A stretch of 64,000 nt of DNA from IMGVR_UViG_3300042516_005475:1-64000, one strand, 5' to 3'. Positions 37,601 to 46,941 are shown, counted from the stretch's first letter. The notes: generated from the letters alone by a model not told the origin. Program-made: numbers and translations.

Positions 37601-38311
37601 ATGAGTAAGTGTGTAATTCCTGTTAGTGGTGGCATTGATTCAACGGTCATGCTTTATGATGCTGCTGCATCTAAGACCTATTCAGATATCTTCGCGATTA
37701 GTTTTTATTACGGTCAGCGTCATGCTACGAATGAGCTGGCTTGTGCAACTAAATCTGTTAATACTTTAAAGGAAAAGTACCCAGAGATTAATATCTATCA
37801 CCGAAACATTGATCTAAGCTTCTTTGGTGAGATTGCTATTAGCTCTTCAATTACCAATAATGATATTGCTGTTGCTCAGACTAAAGATGTTCTTGGTGAT
37901 CCACAGCCGGTTAATTATGTACCGTTTCGTAATCTAATGATGCTTTCTATTCTCTGCTCTTTTGCAGAGGCTCATGGTGCTCGAGATGTTTACTATGGTA
38001 GTGCTCTTGTTGATTCTCAGGCTGGGTATTGGGACTCTAGTAATGAATTCTACTTGAATCTCGCTTCTGTTATTGGTCTCAATCGTAAGAATAAGATTTC
38101 TATTATTACACCGTTGATTAAGCTTGATAAGAAAGATATTATCAAGTTAGGTGATGAGCGTGGGGTTGACTTTAAGAGTACCTGGACTTGTTATGAAGGT
38201 AAAGAACAAGCCTGTGGATATTGTCCAGCCTGCTCTAGTCGAATCAAAGGCTTTATGGATTATATGATGGTTGACCCTATTGAATACAGCCGAAAGATTA
38301 AATTTATCTAA
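37601..38311 (+). CDS. queC: 7-cyano-7-deazaguanine synthase
   Basis: SGGIDS, YGQRH, YVPFRN, TWTCY...CGYCPAC. Confidence 0.95.
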   Translation: MSKCVIPVSGGIDSTVMLYDAAASKTYSDIFAISFYYGQRHATNELACATKSVNTLKEKYPEINIYHRNIDLSFFGEIAISSSITNNDIAVAQTKDVLGDPQPVNYVPFRNLMMLSILCSFAEAHGARDVYYGSALVDSQAGYWDSSNEFYLNLASVIGLNRKNKISIITPLIKLDKKDIIKLGDERGVDFKSTWTCYEGKEQACGYCPACSSRIKGFMDYMMVDPIEYSRKIKFI

Positions 38312-38312
38312 T

Positions 38313-38963
38313 ATGTGTGCAATATTTGGTTCTGCTTCTAAAGAAAAATTTGTTAAACTATACGAGTTAAATAAACCTAGAGGTGTATCTGCTTCCAGTT
38401 ATTTAACTATAACTGATAATGGTTGGATTGATTGTTACAAGAGCGCTGGTGCATTTGATGAAAATAGATTAAAATCTAGTAAGTTATATCTTGGTCATTG
38501 CCAGGCTCCAACCACAGTTAATCAGAGCTTTAACCCTGAACTAGCTCACCCATTTTATTGGAATCGCTTTTATGTCGCTCACAATGGTATTATTACCAAT
38601 GTAGAAGAGCTTTGTGAAAAGTACTTTATTAAGCTTGAAGATATTAAAGTTGACTCTAGTATCATACCTGCTTTGATAGGTTACTTCTATCATAAAAAGA
38701 ACTCTGACCAACTTCAAGACATTATTAAGCGTGTTGCTGAGTTGCTCAAAGGTACTTTTGCTTGTTATATTGTAGATGAAAGATCTAATCGAATATTTCT
38801 TATTCGATCAGGTTCTACCTTGTTCTATGATCAAGATAGCAATATCTCCTCTACTAAGTTTGATAATGCTATTCCTTTTGAAGAAGGTAGGGTAGGTGAA
38901 ATTGTTAAAAACAAGATTATATATCACAATACCTTTATTTGTAACTCCCCATTTTTTATATGA
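38313..38963 (+). CDS. Class II (Ntn) glutamine amidotransferase
   Basis: M-C-AIFG start (Cys1 nucleophile), GHCQAPT, AHPF, HNGII, VDS. Confidence 0.8.
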   Translation: MCAIFGSASKEKFVKLYELNKPRGVSASSYLTITDNGWIDCYKSAGAFDENRLKSSKLYLGHCQAPTTVNQSFNPELAHPFYWNRFYVAHNGIITNVEELCEKYFIKLEDIKVDSSIIPALIGYFYHKKNSDQLQDIIKRVAELLKGTFACYIVDERSNRIFLIRSGSTLFYDQDSNISSTKFDNAIPFEEGRVGEIVKNKIIYHNTFICNSPFFI

Positions 38964-39694
38964 AAATTTTATTTTATACTTGTACTAAACAGAACGTAGA
39001 TGCATTTCTTAAGTTCTCTCCATTAATTAAATGTCTTGGTCTTGGCAACGATTTGCCTTACAAGCCTAAGAAAGCCTCTCTTAATGAACCTCTCGAACTC
39101 AATTACAAGTTTAAGAATCTTCGTTATGGTGCTGATCTGATTGTTTGGACTGAAAATACTGATAGTCTCAGTGTTCAGTATAACAAGGCTAAGAAGTATT
39201 ATGATCAATACGATGCTATTATATTCTTGCACGATGATGTGTTTATTACTGATGCCTTCTTAATTGAGAAGCTCCAGGTAGCCTTTGCACAATTTGACGT
39301 TGTTGGATTGGCAGGTGGAGCTGATATTAGTCTTAAGAGCTATGGCTTGTGGCATATGATGTGTGATCCAAAGACCTTTAGTGGTGCAGTTTCACATTTT
39401 GATAATTCTGGAAAAGAGTTTGTTACAGCCTTTGGACCGTTTGGCAAGCGTTGTTTGCTTTTAGATGGTTTGTTCTTGGCTGTAAACACTAAGACAGCTA
39501 AGGCTGTTAATTGGGACGAAAATGTAAAGTTCCACCATTACGACTTGCTATTCTGCTTGGAAGCTAATAAACTCAAGCTGAAGCTAGGTACTGCTCCTAT
39601 TTACGTGACTCATGAATCTCCTGGATTAAAAGGATTTAGTGAGGAATTTAAGAAGAGTGATGCTTACTTCAAAGAATACTTTAACAAATACTAA
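38960..39694 (+). CDS. GT-A-fold glycosyltransferase-like protein
   Basis: SLSVQYN, FLHDDV, VVGLAG, LDGLFLA, WDE..FHHYD, HESPG. Confidence 0.75.
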   Translation: MKILFYTCTKQNVDAFLKFSPLIKCLGLGNDLPYKPKKASLNEPLELNYKFKNLRYGADLIVWTENTDSLSVQYNKAKKYYDQYDAIIFLHDDVFITDAFLIEKLQVAFAQFDVVGLAGGADISLKSYGLWHMMCDPKTFSGAVSHFDNSGKEFVTAFGPFGKRCLLLDGLFLAVNTKTAKAVNWDENVKFHHYDLLFCLEANKLKLKLGTAPIYVTHESPGLKGFSEEFKKSDAYFKEYFNKY

Positions 39695-41046
39695 TGGAAA
39701 AGAAATCAAAAACGAGCAAGATAGATAGCGACTTTTTTGAGTACGTTATTCTATTTAACTGTCTGACTGATGAGACCTACATGGGTACAGTTGTAGAGTA
39801 CTTGAAGCCAGATCTCTTTAATAGTAAAGATGTTCAGAACATCGTAGAGATTATTAAAGAATACTTTAACAAGCGTTCTAATGTACCTACTCTTACTGAA
39901 GTTAAGACTTATCTTGTAACTGATGAGCTAAAAAACTCTTTCAAGCGTCTTGTTGAGCAATTCAAGACGCTTGAAAAGTCTAATAACAAGCAAGAGCTTC
40001 TTGAGAATACTGAAAGGTTTATTAAAGAGAAGACTGTATTTAATACAATGCTTGAAGTCACTGATATGTGTACTAAGGCAGAAGTTATTGATACAAATAT
40101 CGTCTTGGATAAGTTCGAGCATGCATGTTCTATCTCGCTTAATAATGAGAAGGGTCACGACTACTTTGCTGATATTGATAAGCATTGTAAAGATCTAGTC
40201 AAGGTTGATAATCATATTAAGACAGGTTGGGAATGGCTCGATAAGAAGCTTGGTGGTGGATTCTTGCAAGATGGTAGAGCAATCTATGTCTTCGCAGGCG
40301 AAACTAACGTAGGTAAGAGTATCTTTTTGCAGAACCTGGCTGTTAATATTGCGAATCAGAATAAGAGTGTTATTATCTTGTCTCTTGAAATGTCTGAGAT
40401 GGCTTACTGTAAACGTATTTCATCTAACATTACTCAGATTCCATTTAATGACTTGCGTAATAATGTTGATAGTCTAAAGCAGACTGTTACTAATAAGAAA
40501 CTTAATCTACCGAGCTCTCGATTGCTTGTTAAAGAGTTTCCACCTAATACTGTTACTCCAGGTCAGATGACTGCATTCATTAAGAAGCTGCAACAGTCTG
40601 GGTATAAGTTCGATGCTATTGTTATTGACTATTTGAATCTACTTAATGCCCCAAAAGGGGATAACTCTTATGAGCGAATTAAGTATACTGCTGAGCAAGT
40701 TCGTGCAATGAGCTATGTTTTTAATTGTCCAATTATTACAGCAACTCAGTTGAATCGCAGTGGTTACAATCAAGAGAATCCTGGACTAGAGTCTATTAGT
40801 GAAAGTATTGGTACTGCTGCTACTGCTGATTGTGTGATGGGTCTATGGCAGCTCGATGAAGATAAAGAGCTCGGTGTTATTAAAATGAGTTTGTTGAAGA
40901 ACCGTTATGGTCCTAACTTCGGTACAATCAACATGAAAATTAACTACCCAACTCTTACTCTTGAAGAGGATAACACATTGAATGCAGATGAAGAGATCGT
41001 AAATACCTCAGAAGCGCTCAAAGCGTTATCTGAAGAAATGACATGA
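39694..41046 (+). CDS. gp41: Replicative DnaB-like helicase, gp41
   Basis: GETNVGKS, SLEMSE, KEFP, IDYLNL, TATQLNRSG, ISES, KNRYG. Confidence 0.93.
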   Translation: MEKKSKTSKIDSDFFEYVILFNCLTDETYMGTVVEYLKPDLFNSKDVQNIVEIIKEYFNKRSNVPTLTEVKTYLVTDELKNSFKRLVEQFKTLEKSNNKQELLENTERFIKEKTVFNTMLEVTDMCTKAEVIDTNIVLDKFEHACSISLNNEKGHDYFADIDKHCKDLVKVDNHIKTGWEWLDKKLGGGFLQDGRAIYVFAGETNVGKSIFLQNLAVNIANQNKSVIILSLEMSEMAYCKRISSNITQIPFNDLRNNVDSLKQTVTNKKLNLPSSRLLVKEFPPNTVTPGQMTAFIKKLQQSGYKFDAIVIDYLNLLNAPKGDNSYERIKYTAEQVRAMSYVFNCPIITATQLNRSGYNQENPGLESISESIGTAATADCVMGLWQLDEDKELGVIKMSLLKNRYGPNFGTINMKINYPTLTLEEDNTLNADEEIVNTSEALKALSEEMT

Positions 41047-41948
41047 AAAACGAACTGCTAATTATTAATCAAGATTTAGACGGAGCTGGCTGTTACACTG
41101 CTTACAGCTGGTTTCATAAAGACGCACCTGAAGTATTTTTTGTAACGCAAAAGAAGGCTGAAAGTATGATCAAAGGTTTCTTTGATCGTCATTCTTTGCC
41201 TGACTTTAAACGAATCACTGTTCTCGGTCTAGATGTTTCTGGATTCGAAGACTTTCTTGACTGTAAAAATGTAATTATTATTACAGCTCATAAGAAGATG
41301 GTTGAGCTAAAGTACAACTTTAAGCTCGCAACTGCCTTAACTAAGATTGATGGTTCATCTACTCGATTAACCTTTAATATTTTTAAGAAGTTATACCCTG
41401 ATATTAAGCCAACAGAGCATCAAAAGCTTTTGGTTGTTTTAATTGATGATGCAGTTAGTAAGACATATGCACTAAAACAATCTAAACAACTTGAGACGTT
41501 GTATTGGAACTCAAAGTCTTTCGAAAGAGTCTTTAACTTCTATCAAGACTTTCGCAAAGGCTTCTTTCAATTCAATGACTATCAATTGAGACAAATCGAA
41601 TACTTTCAAAAGAAGTGCGATACTATTATCGACTCTCTAGCATTGTATCATACTAATTTACCTGTTAAGAATAAAAAGTATAATTTTTATGCTACATTTG
41701 CTGAAGGCTGTTTTCAGGAAGTAGCTGACTATATTTTTAACGAATATAGCGCTGATGTTGTTGCAGTAGTTAGCCTAGAGGCTGGCAAGGTATATTTTAG
41801 ACGTAGCAAAGTTTGTGATGTTAAGGTAAATAACCTGGCTAAGACTCTCTGTGATGGTGACGGCTATGAATATGCCGCTAGTGGTAGCCTAACAGATAAG
41901 TTTGTAGAATTTACAAAGCTGTTAAAGCGCCATAAAAGTCAAATATGA
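41043..41948 (+). CDS. DHH/DHHA1-fold protein with degenerate catalytic motifs
   Basis: NQDLDGAGC (motif I), LGLD, TAHK in place of DHH, GDGYEYAASG in place of GGGH..AAG. Confidence 0.6.
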   Translation: MKNELLIINQDLDGAGCYTAYSWFHKDAPEVFFVTQKKAESMIKGFFDRHSLPDFKRITVLGLDVSGFEDFLDCKNVIIITAHKKMVELKYNFKLATALTKIDGSSTRLTFNIFKKLYPDIKPTEHQKLLVVLIDDAVSKTYALKQSKQLETLYWNSKSFERVFNFYQDFRKGFFQFNDYQLRQIEYFQKKCDTIIDSLALYHTNLPVKNKKYNFYATFAEGCFQEVADYIFNEYSADVVAVVSLEAGKVYFRRSKVCDVKVNNLAKTLCDGDGYEYAASGSLTDKFVEFTKLLKRHKSQI

Positions 41949-42238
41949 TTCAACCATACGATAGCATATGTTCAATTGAGACTAGAAATAACTTCTATAG
42001 AGCCTGCTCTTTTGTGTGCATGCTTAAAAATAAACGATTGAACTATGCTAACATTCTTATTATACTTCTTCAAGAGAAAAAACTAATCAGACTTTTTAAG
42101 AATCTTTGTAGCTTTGAAAACGATTTTGAGTGCATTAGATTCTTTTTAGAGTGTGATCCTAATATTTACAAGTCTAAATACATAAAACGATTCCTTAAAA
42201 AGCACTATGATAACGTCTACAGAAAAGAGAATATATAA
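41945..42238 (+). CDS. Hypothetical protein (position of gp33, similarity weak)
   Basis: 97-aa ORF before the gp59-like and gp32 genes. Confidence 0.5.
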   Translation: MIQPYDSICSIETRNNFYRACSFVCMLKNKRLNYANILIILLQEKKLIRLFKNLCSFENDFECIRFFLECDPNIYKSKYIKRFLKKHYDNVYRKENI

Positions 42239-42860
42239 TACTTTTCTAGCCATATCACGCAAAAAGCAAAACAAGCCATTTAAATTACGTCAAGATTTCG
42301 AGAACTTTGAACAGGATGAAAAGTACCCTGCTATTAAAAAGCTCGCTTACTTCTTTGAACGTTTTCCGAATATTGATATCAACGATTATTTCTTGGCTCC
42401 GTATTCCATTTACGTAAACGATGAGAATACCTATTACGATCTTCAGTTTTATTTGAGCCAAAAGGCTCGTTCTGTGTATACTATGCACATGAAGAAGAAA
42501 GAAAACGTAGAGGCTGATTCAGAAGAAAATTTGAAAAAATGCAAAGAATCTCTGCTGTTTATCTATAAATATTGTAAAGACCAAGGCTGCTCTGTAGAAG
42601 AGTATTTGAATCTTAAAGAGGAGAATTCACTCTTGCCTGCCTTTGCTGTTCATTTAAAAAATAGAGACATTAACGTCTACGCGTTATTTGCCTTTGAAGA
42701 CTTTGAGAATAAATTCTTTCAGATTCCTGCGGATTTGCTTGAATTCATCTTTGGGAGTCTGTATAATGATTTCGCACAACTTAGACGGAAATTTGTGATG
42801 TCTGAGAAGTGCAAACAGATCTGTAGATCAGGTCTGAAAATAATAGAAACAAAAAGCTAG
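42207..42860 (+). CDS. Probable helicase loader, gp59-like
   Basis: 217 aa, directly upstream of gp32; RIYNTFLAI...KYPAIKKLAYFF loosely resembles the gp59 N-terminus. Confidence 0.5.
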   Translation: MITSTEKRIYNTFLAISRKKQNKPFKLRQDFENFEQDEKYPAIKKLAYFFERFPNIDINDYFLAPYSIYVNDENTYYDLQFYLSQKARSVYTMHMKKKENVEADSEENLKKCKESLLFIYKYCKDQGCSVEEYLNLKEENSLLPAFAVHLKNRDINVYALFAFEDFENKFFQIPADLLEFIFGSLYNDFAQLRRKFVMSEKCKQICRSGLKIIETKS

Positions 42861-42896
42861 AAAAAACTAAAAATAGAAATATAATAAAAACGAAAT

Positions 42897-43781
42897 ATGA
42901 GTACATTTAATAAATCAATGTTTGAGTCGATTAAGGAAGAGTTGAACAAGTCCAAGGCTAAGTCCGGTCTTCGTGATATTCTTCGTACACCTCCTGGTCA
43001 TACTTACACTGTGAGGCTTATTCCCAACATCCAGGATCCTAAGAAGACCTTTTTCCATTACTACAACTTTGGTTGGGAGTCTTATGCTACTGGTGAGTAT
43101 GTTCAGTTTATCTCTCCTTCTACTTGGGGTGAGCGCGATCCGATTGCTGAAGGTCGTTTGAAGTGCTTGAAGCATGGTTCTGCTGAAGATAAGGCAAAGG
43201 CTGAGAAGCTCTTGCGTCGCGAAAATTGGTTGGTTAACGTTTATGTTATCAACGATACCAATGAACCTGATAATAACGGCAAGGTGAAGATGCTCCGTTA
43301 TGGTCGTCAGATTCAGAAGATCATTGACGAGGCTATGAACGGTGAAGATTCAGATCAGTTCGGTGCTCGTATCTTTGACTTGAGTGGTACTGGTTGCTCG
43401 TTCAAGATCAAGGCTGAAAAGCAAGGCGACTTCCCGACGTTTGTCTCTTCTCGATTCTCATCTCCTGGTGAGGTGCCAGCTCTTGGTAGCGATAACAAGA
43501 AGATTGAGGCTATTTATAACTCAGTCCATGCCCTCGATACTGTGTTCCGTGTTCAGTCTTACGATGAGCTCAAGGCTGCTTTCGAGAAGCATTTCTTGTG
43601 TGAGACTCCTGCAGCTCCTGCTCCTAAGGCTGAGGCTGCTACTGATGATAGTCCGTTCGTTGAGTCTAAGAAGTCTGCTGTTCGTACGTTGCCTAAGCCA
43701 GTTGAGCCTGAGGCTGCGGATGAGGATGAAGATGGATTGGATGATGCTAAGGTTGCTGAACTTCTCAAGGGTTTGAGTTAA
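42897..43781 (+). CDS. gp32: Single-stranded DNA-binding protein, gp32-like
   Basis: VRLIP, GERDPI, NVYVIND..PDNNGKVK..YG, IFD...G, acidic tail. Confidence 0.9.
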   Translation: MSTFNKSMFESIKEELNKSKAKSGLRDILRTPPGHTYTVRLIPNIQDPKKTFFHYYNFGWESYATGEYVQFISPSTWGERDPIAEGRLKCLKHGSAEDKAKAEKLLRRENWLVNVYVINDTNEPDNNGKVKMLRYGRQIQKIIDEAMNGEDSDQFGARIFDLSGTGCSFKIKAEKQGDFPTFVSSRFSSPGEVPALGSDNKKIEAIYNSVHALDTVFRVQSYDELKAAFEKHFLCETPAAPAPKAEAATDDSPFVESKKSAVRTLPKPVEPEAADEDEDGLDDAKVAELLKGLS

Positions 43782-43798
43782 GATAGTTAGTTGTTGCG

Positions 43799-43831
43799 AC
43801 GGCAGAGCTCAAAAGGCTCTGCCGTTTTTTT
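43799..43831 (+). terminator. Rho-independent terminator after gp32
   Basis: acggcagagc-loop-gctctgccgt followed by a T run. Confidence 0.85.
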
Positions 43832-43865
43832 GTGGCTATCTCTAATCAATCTCATAAAATATTGT

Positions 43866-44429
43866 ATGAACAATCAGGATGAACCAATCGATCAAGAAGC
43901 TATTTATGCTATTGCACACTTAGCTGGGCAGGCAGCTAGTGAGCTTAAGGCTCTAGATAAACTAGCGCTTGGTTCTAGTCCTAACATGAAAGGATTACAA
44001 TTTGAACCTCAAGAACTTATTCGCCAGAATTTTTTACCAAGGATGCAGGCTAATGGAGCTCCTCCTGCATCCGCAAACCCTAATTATCGCATGCGTGCAC
44101 CAGCTCCTCGACCACCATTCCAGCCACCTCAACATCAACACCCACCACAGCAAATGATGCAACCACCCCCTCAGCAAATGATGCACCCTCAACCAGCGCA
44201 ACAGGCCCCTCAAGTCTTTGCTGGGGTAGCTCCTAATATTTCAGAAGCTCAGATTTCATTGTTGATGGAGAAGTTGCTTAGAGTTGAGCGTTTGCTTGAT
44301 TCTTGTGTTAGTGGTCAAGAACGTCTGCAAACAACTCTTGATAAGAGCTTGGAAAAGTTGTTGCAAAAGAAAATGAAAGACATTAAAATTACGTTCAAAG
44401 ATGACAATACCGATTCACAACAAGAATGA
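43866..44429 (+). CDS. Hypothetical Pro/Gln-rich protein with C-terminal coiled coil
   Basis: Start trimmed to MNNQDE, downstream of the terminator; PPQQMMQPPPQQMM tract. Confidence 0.65.
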   Translation: MNNQDEPIDQEAIYAIAHLAGQAASELKALDKLALGSSPNMKGLQFEPQELIRQNFLPRMQANGAPPASANPNYRMRAPAPRPPFQPPQHQHPPQQMMQPPPQQMMHPQPAQQAPQVFAGVAPNISEAQISLLMEKLLRVERLLDSCVSGQERLQTTLDKSLEKLLQKKMKDIKITFKDDNTDSQQE

Positions 44430-45138
44430 ATTTGTTGACAAGTTTCTTACTCCCTTGTCTCGAATTAATAACTCCTGCTCATTACATCTCAAGGGTGATA
44501 AGCTAACGGCTCTAGTTGCTACTCCAGATGCATCAGTTATTTTGAATGCTGTCTGGAAGTTTAGTGATGATATTTCTGAAGAGAATAAGCTTAACATTCC
44601 AGACATTAATAAGTTTATTAAGGTTCTTGATTGTATCAGAGAAGATTATCTTTCTCTTAAGATTAACTCTAATAACATTAGTTACAATGAGAAGGGTATT
44701 AAGTTTAAGTATCATCTTCTTGAAGATGGTATTTTGTCTACTCCTGCTATTAACATTGAAAAGGTAAAGGCCTTGAAGTATGATACTGAGTTTAATATTG
44801 CTGGTCCTGACTTGCAATCATTGATCAAGAGCTCTACCTTTGCTTCAGAGACTGATAAGCTTTACATTAGAACGGGTGAAGGAATTGTTTACAGTGAGTT
44901 GACTGATAAGAACAAGTCTAATGTTGATTCTATTGAATTAGTATTGTCTCCAGAGTTCTCTGGTTCTGAGATTGATAATCCATTGGCTCTTAGCTTTGAG
45001 ATTATTCGTATTGTATCATGCAATCGCTTTGGTAATGTATCAACAAAGATTAATACTAACCTTGGAGTTTTGCTTTTTGAGCTAAATAATGATAACGTTG
45101 AACTCATCTATGTCGCATCAGGATTGGCAGAAACCTAA
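44401..45138 (+). CDS. gp45: Sliding clamp, gp45/PCNA-like
   Basis: 245 aa, two-domain beta/alpha pattern, IPDINKFIKVL; replication-module context. Confidence 0.7.
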   Translation: MTIPIHNKNEFVDKFLTPLSRINNSCSLHLKGDKLTALVATPDASVILNAVWKFSDDISEENKLNIPDINKFIKVLDCIREDYLSLKINSNNISYNEKGIKFKYHLLEDGILSTPAINIEKVKALKYDTEFNIAGPDLQSLIKSSTFASETDKLYIRTGEGIVYSELTDKNKSNVDSIELVLSPEFSGSEIDNPLALSFEIIRIVSCNRFGNVSTKINTNLGVLLFELNNDNVELIYVASGLAET

Positions 45139-45469
45139 GAATAAAATAACAACTCAAGGCTACTTTATTAAGAGATTGAGAGACTCTGGTTATACTGCCT
45201 GTAGAATCTTTAACGGTTACAAGATATATGATCCACGCAAATGGACTATTCTTGTAAACCCAGAGAATGAGGCTATATGGGTTACCTTAGTACAAAACAA
45301 ACAAAATATAGGTGACTTTTACTTTGAACTGAATGATGGTGGTTTAAGATTTCCAAAAAACTTCGGTATAAATACCGATAGCTTTGAAGTTGTTTTAAAC
45401 TTCTTAAACGAGAAAGGTATTACTGGTATATGGACGAGAAATCAAGAAAAGAATTACAGAAACGTTTAA
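45110..45469 (+). CDS. Hypothetical protein
   Basis: ORF in the operon. Confidence 0.55.
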   Translation: MSHQDWQKPKNKITTQGYFIKRLRDSGYTACRIFNGYKIYDPRKWTILVNPENEAIWVTLVQNKQNIGDFYFELNDGGLRFPKNFGINTDSFEVVLNFLNEKGITGIWTRNQEKNYRNV

Positions 45470-45693
45470 CTACGGCTCTACAAGAAGAGCCAGACAGCGA
45501 ATTTAATAGAAACTGTAAAATGACTGTCGATTTTCTGGATCAGGTTCTGTCTAACTATATGGTTATTGGTTATGATTTAAACAATGTTCCATTTGTTATT
45601 TGCAATAACAGAACTCAGAAAGACGCTGATGCTCTTAAAACTCTCATAACAAAAGTTATGATGGGACAAGACTTGAACATCAAAAAAATCTAG
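45430..45693 (+). CDS. Hypothetical protein
   Basis: ORF in the operon. Confidence 0.55.
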   Translation: MDEKSRKELQKRLTTALQEEPDSEFNRNCKMTVDFLDQVLSNYMVIGYDLNNVPFVICNNRTQKDADALKTLITKVMMGQDLNIKKI

Positions 45694-45701
45694 TATATAA
45701 T
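45673..45701 (+). promoter_or_regulatory. Sigma70-type promoter
   Basis: TTGAAC-N17-TATAAT, with ATG 6 nt downstream. Confidence 0.65.
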
Positions 45702-45707
45702 TTTATT

Positions 45708-46580
45708 ATGCATACACCTGGTGTGGCCATCTTCGGTGGGGGCTATGTAGGCTCCAACCTCTTTAAAGAACTACAAAAATCATACAAGCTTGAATCTTTT
45801 TTAATTGATAGACAGAAGCTTGATTATACAAACGAAAGAGCTCTTAGAGAATTTTTCGAAGCCTGTGAGCCAGACTACGTTGTTAACTGTGTCGGCTTTA
45901 CTGGCCGACCTAATGTTGATGCCTGTGAACTCAACAAAGAGGAAACATACAAGCTAAACGTTCAATTGCCTATCTTGATGGCTAAGCTTTGTGAAGAGTA
46001 TAGAGCAAGCTTGTATCATATTTCTTCTGGTTGTATCTATTCAGGTTATGAATTTCCGTATAGCGAAACTCACATACCTGACTTTGGGGCTTTTAGTGAT
46101 AAAAGTTCTTTCTATTCTAAGACAAAGCACGCTGCTGAATTGGCATTGGCTCAGTTTAACAATGTAAAGATTTTTCGTATTAGAATGCCGTTTTGTGGTG
46201 AACACACAGATCGCAACTATCTATTGAAGATTCGTAAGTATAGCAACCTTCTAAACGAAGTTAATTCAAAGACTCATATCCCTGGATTCGTTGAAATCTT
46301 GAAAAAGCTTCTTGAAACCAATAATGAGAGAACTCCTAAGTACACTCTCAATGTTTGTAACCCTTACCCTCTCAGAACAGATCAAGTTGTAGAGATTTAC
46401 CGCAAGCATAATTTTGATAACCCTAGTTGGAAGTTTATTAGCTATGATGAATTGCCAATTAAGGCTAATCGTTCAAATTGTGTTATGGATTGTACAAAGC
46501 TGAAGGACTTTGGTTTTGAATTCGAAACAGAAGAAGAGGCTATCACCAAGAGTATCATTTCCTTGAGAGACAATGCTTAA
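45708..46580 (+). CDS. NDP-sugar epimerase/reductase (RmlD or NRS/ER-like, rhamnose synthesis)
   Basis: GGGYVG Rossmann motif, GFTGRPNVDACE, SSGCIY, YSKTK, RIRMP. Confidence 0.8.
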   Translation: MHTPGVAIFGGGYVGSNLFKELQKSYKLESFLIDRQKLDYTNERALREFFEACEPDYVVNCVGFTGRPNVDACELNKEETYKLNVQLPILMAKLCEEYRASLYHISSGCIYSGYEFPYSETHIPDFGAFSDKSSFYSKTKHAAELALAQFNNVKIFRIRMPFCGEHTDRNYLLKIRKYSNLLNEVNSKTHIPGFVEILKKLLETNNERTPKYTLNVCNPYPLRTDQVVEIYRKHNFDNPSWKFISYDELPIKANRSNCVMDCTKLKDFGFEFETEEEAITKSIISLRDNA

Positions 46581-46941
46581 CAAACTTAAGAATTTATACA
46601 GGAGCAAGTCATATAACAATGACTATGAAGGTAATCTTTACTTCGTAAATGGAGGTAAGTATAAAGGAGATTATTATGTAATCGTAGGTGAAAGCCATGG
46701 CAATTATACAATGTTCAATCTCACACCTGACTCTGATGGAATCAAAGTTTTCGAAGTGCCTAGAGAGAAGTTACTTTCTGGAGTAAATGAGAAAATAGTT
46801 GACTTCGTTGAGAGGCTTCCATATAATATCTATATAGACTGCAAAAACGTCTACCTAAAAAATGAAAACTCTAATTCTAGATTGCAACAATCTACTGTAC
46901 CGGACGTTTTGGCTGTCGAAGAACAAGACCCTGACGAATAG
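46573..46941 (+). CDS. Hypothetical protein
   Basis: ORF in the operon. Confidence 0.5.
   Translation: MLNKLKNLYRSKSYNNDYEGNLYFVNGGKYKGDYYVIVGESHGNYTMFNLTPDSDGIKVFEVPREKLLSGVNEKIVDFVERLPYNIYIDCKNVYLKNENSNSRLQQSTVPDVLAVEEQDPDE

Noticed and set aside
41945-42238. Firm gp33 call
   Set aside because: Support is limited to position and weak helical resemblance, so it is left as hypothetical.
43791-43865. Extended N-termini given by the ORF track (also at 15791, 21154, 28581, 38271, 47785, 53036)
   Set aside because: They run through terminators or neighbouring genes. Downstream starts fit motifs (such as Cys1 of the amidotransferase) and the promoter spacing better.
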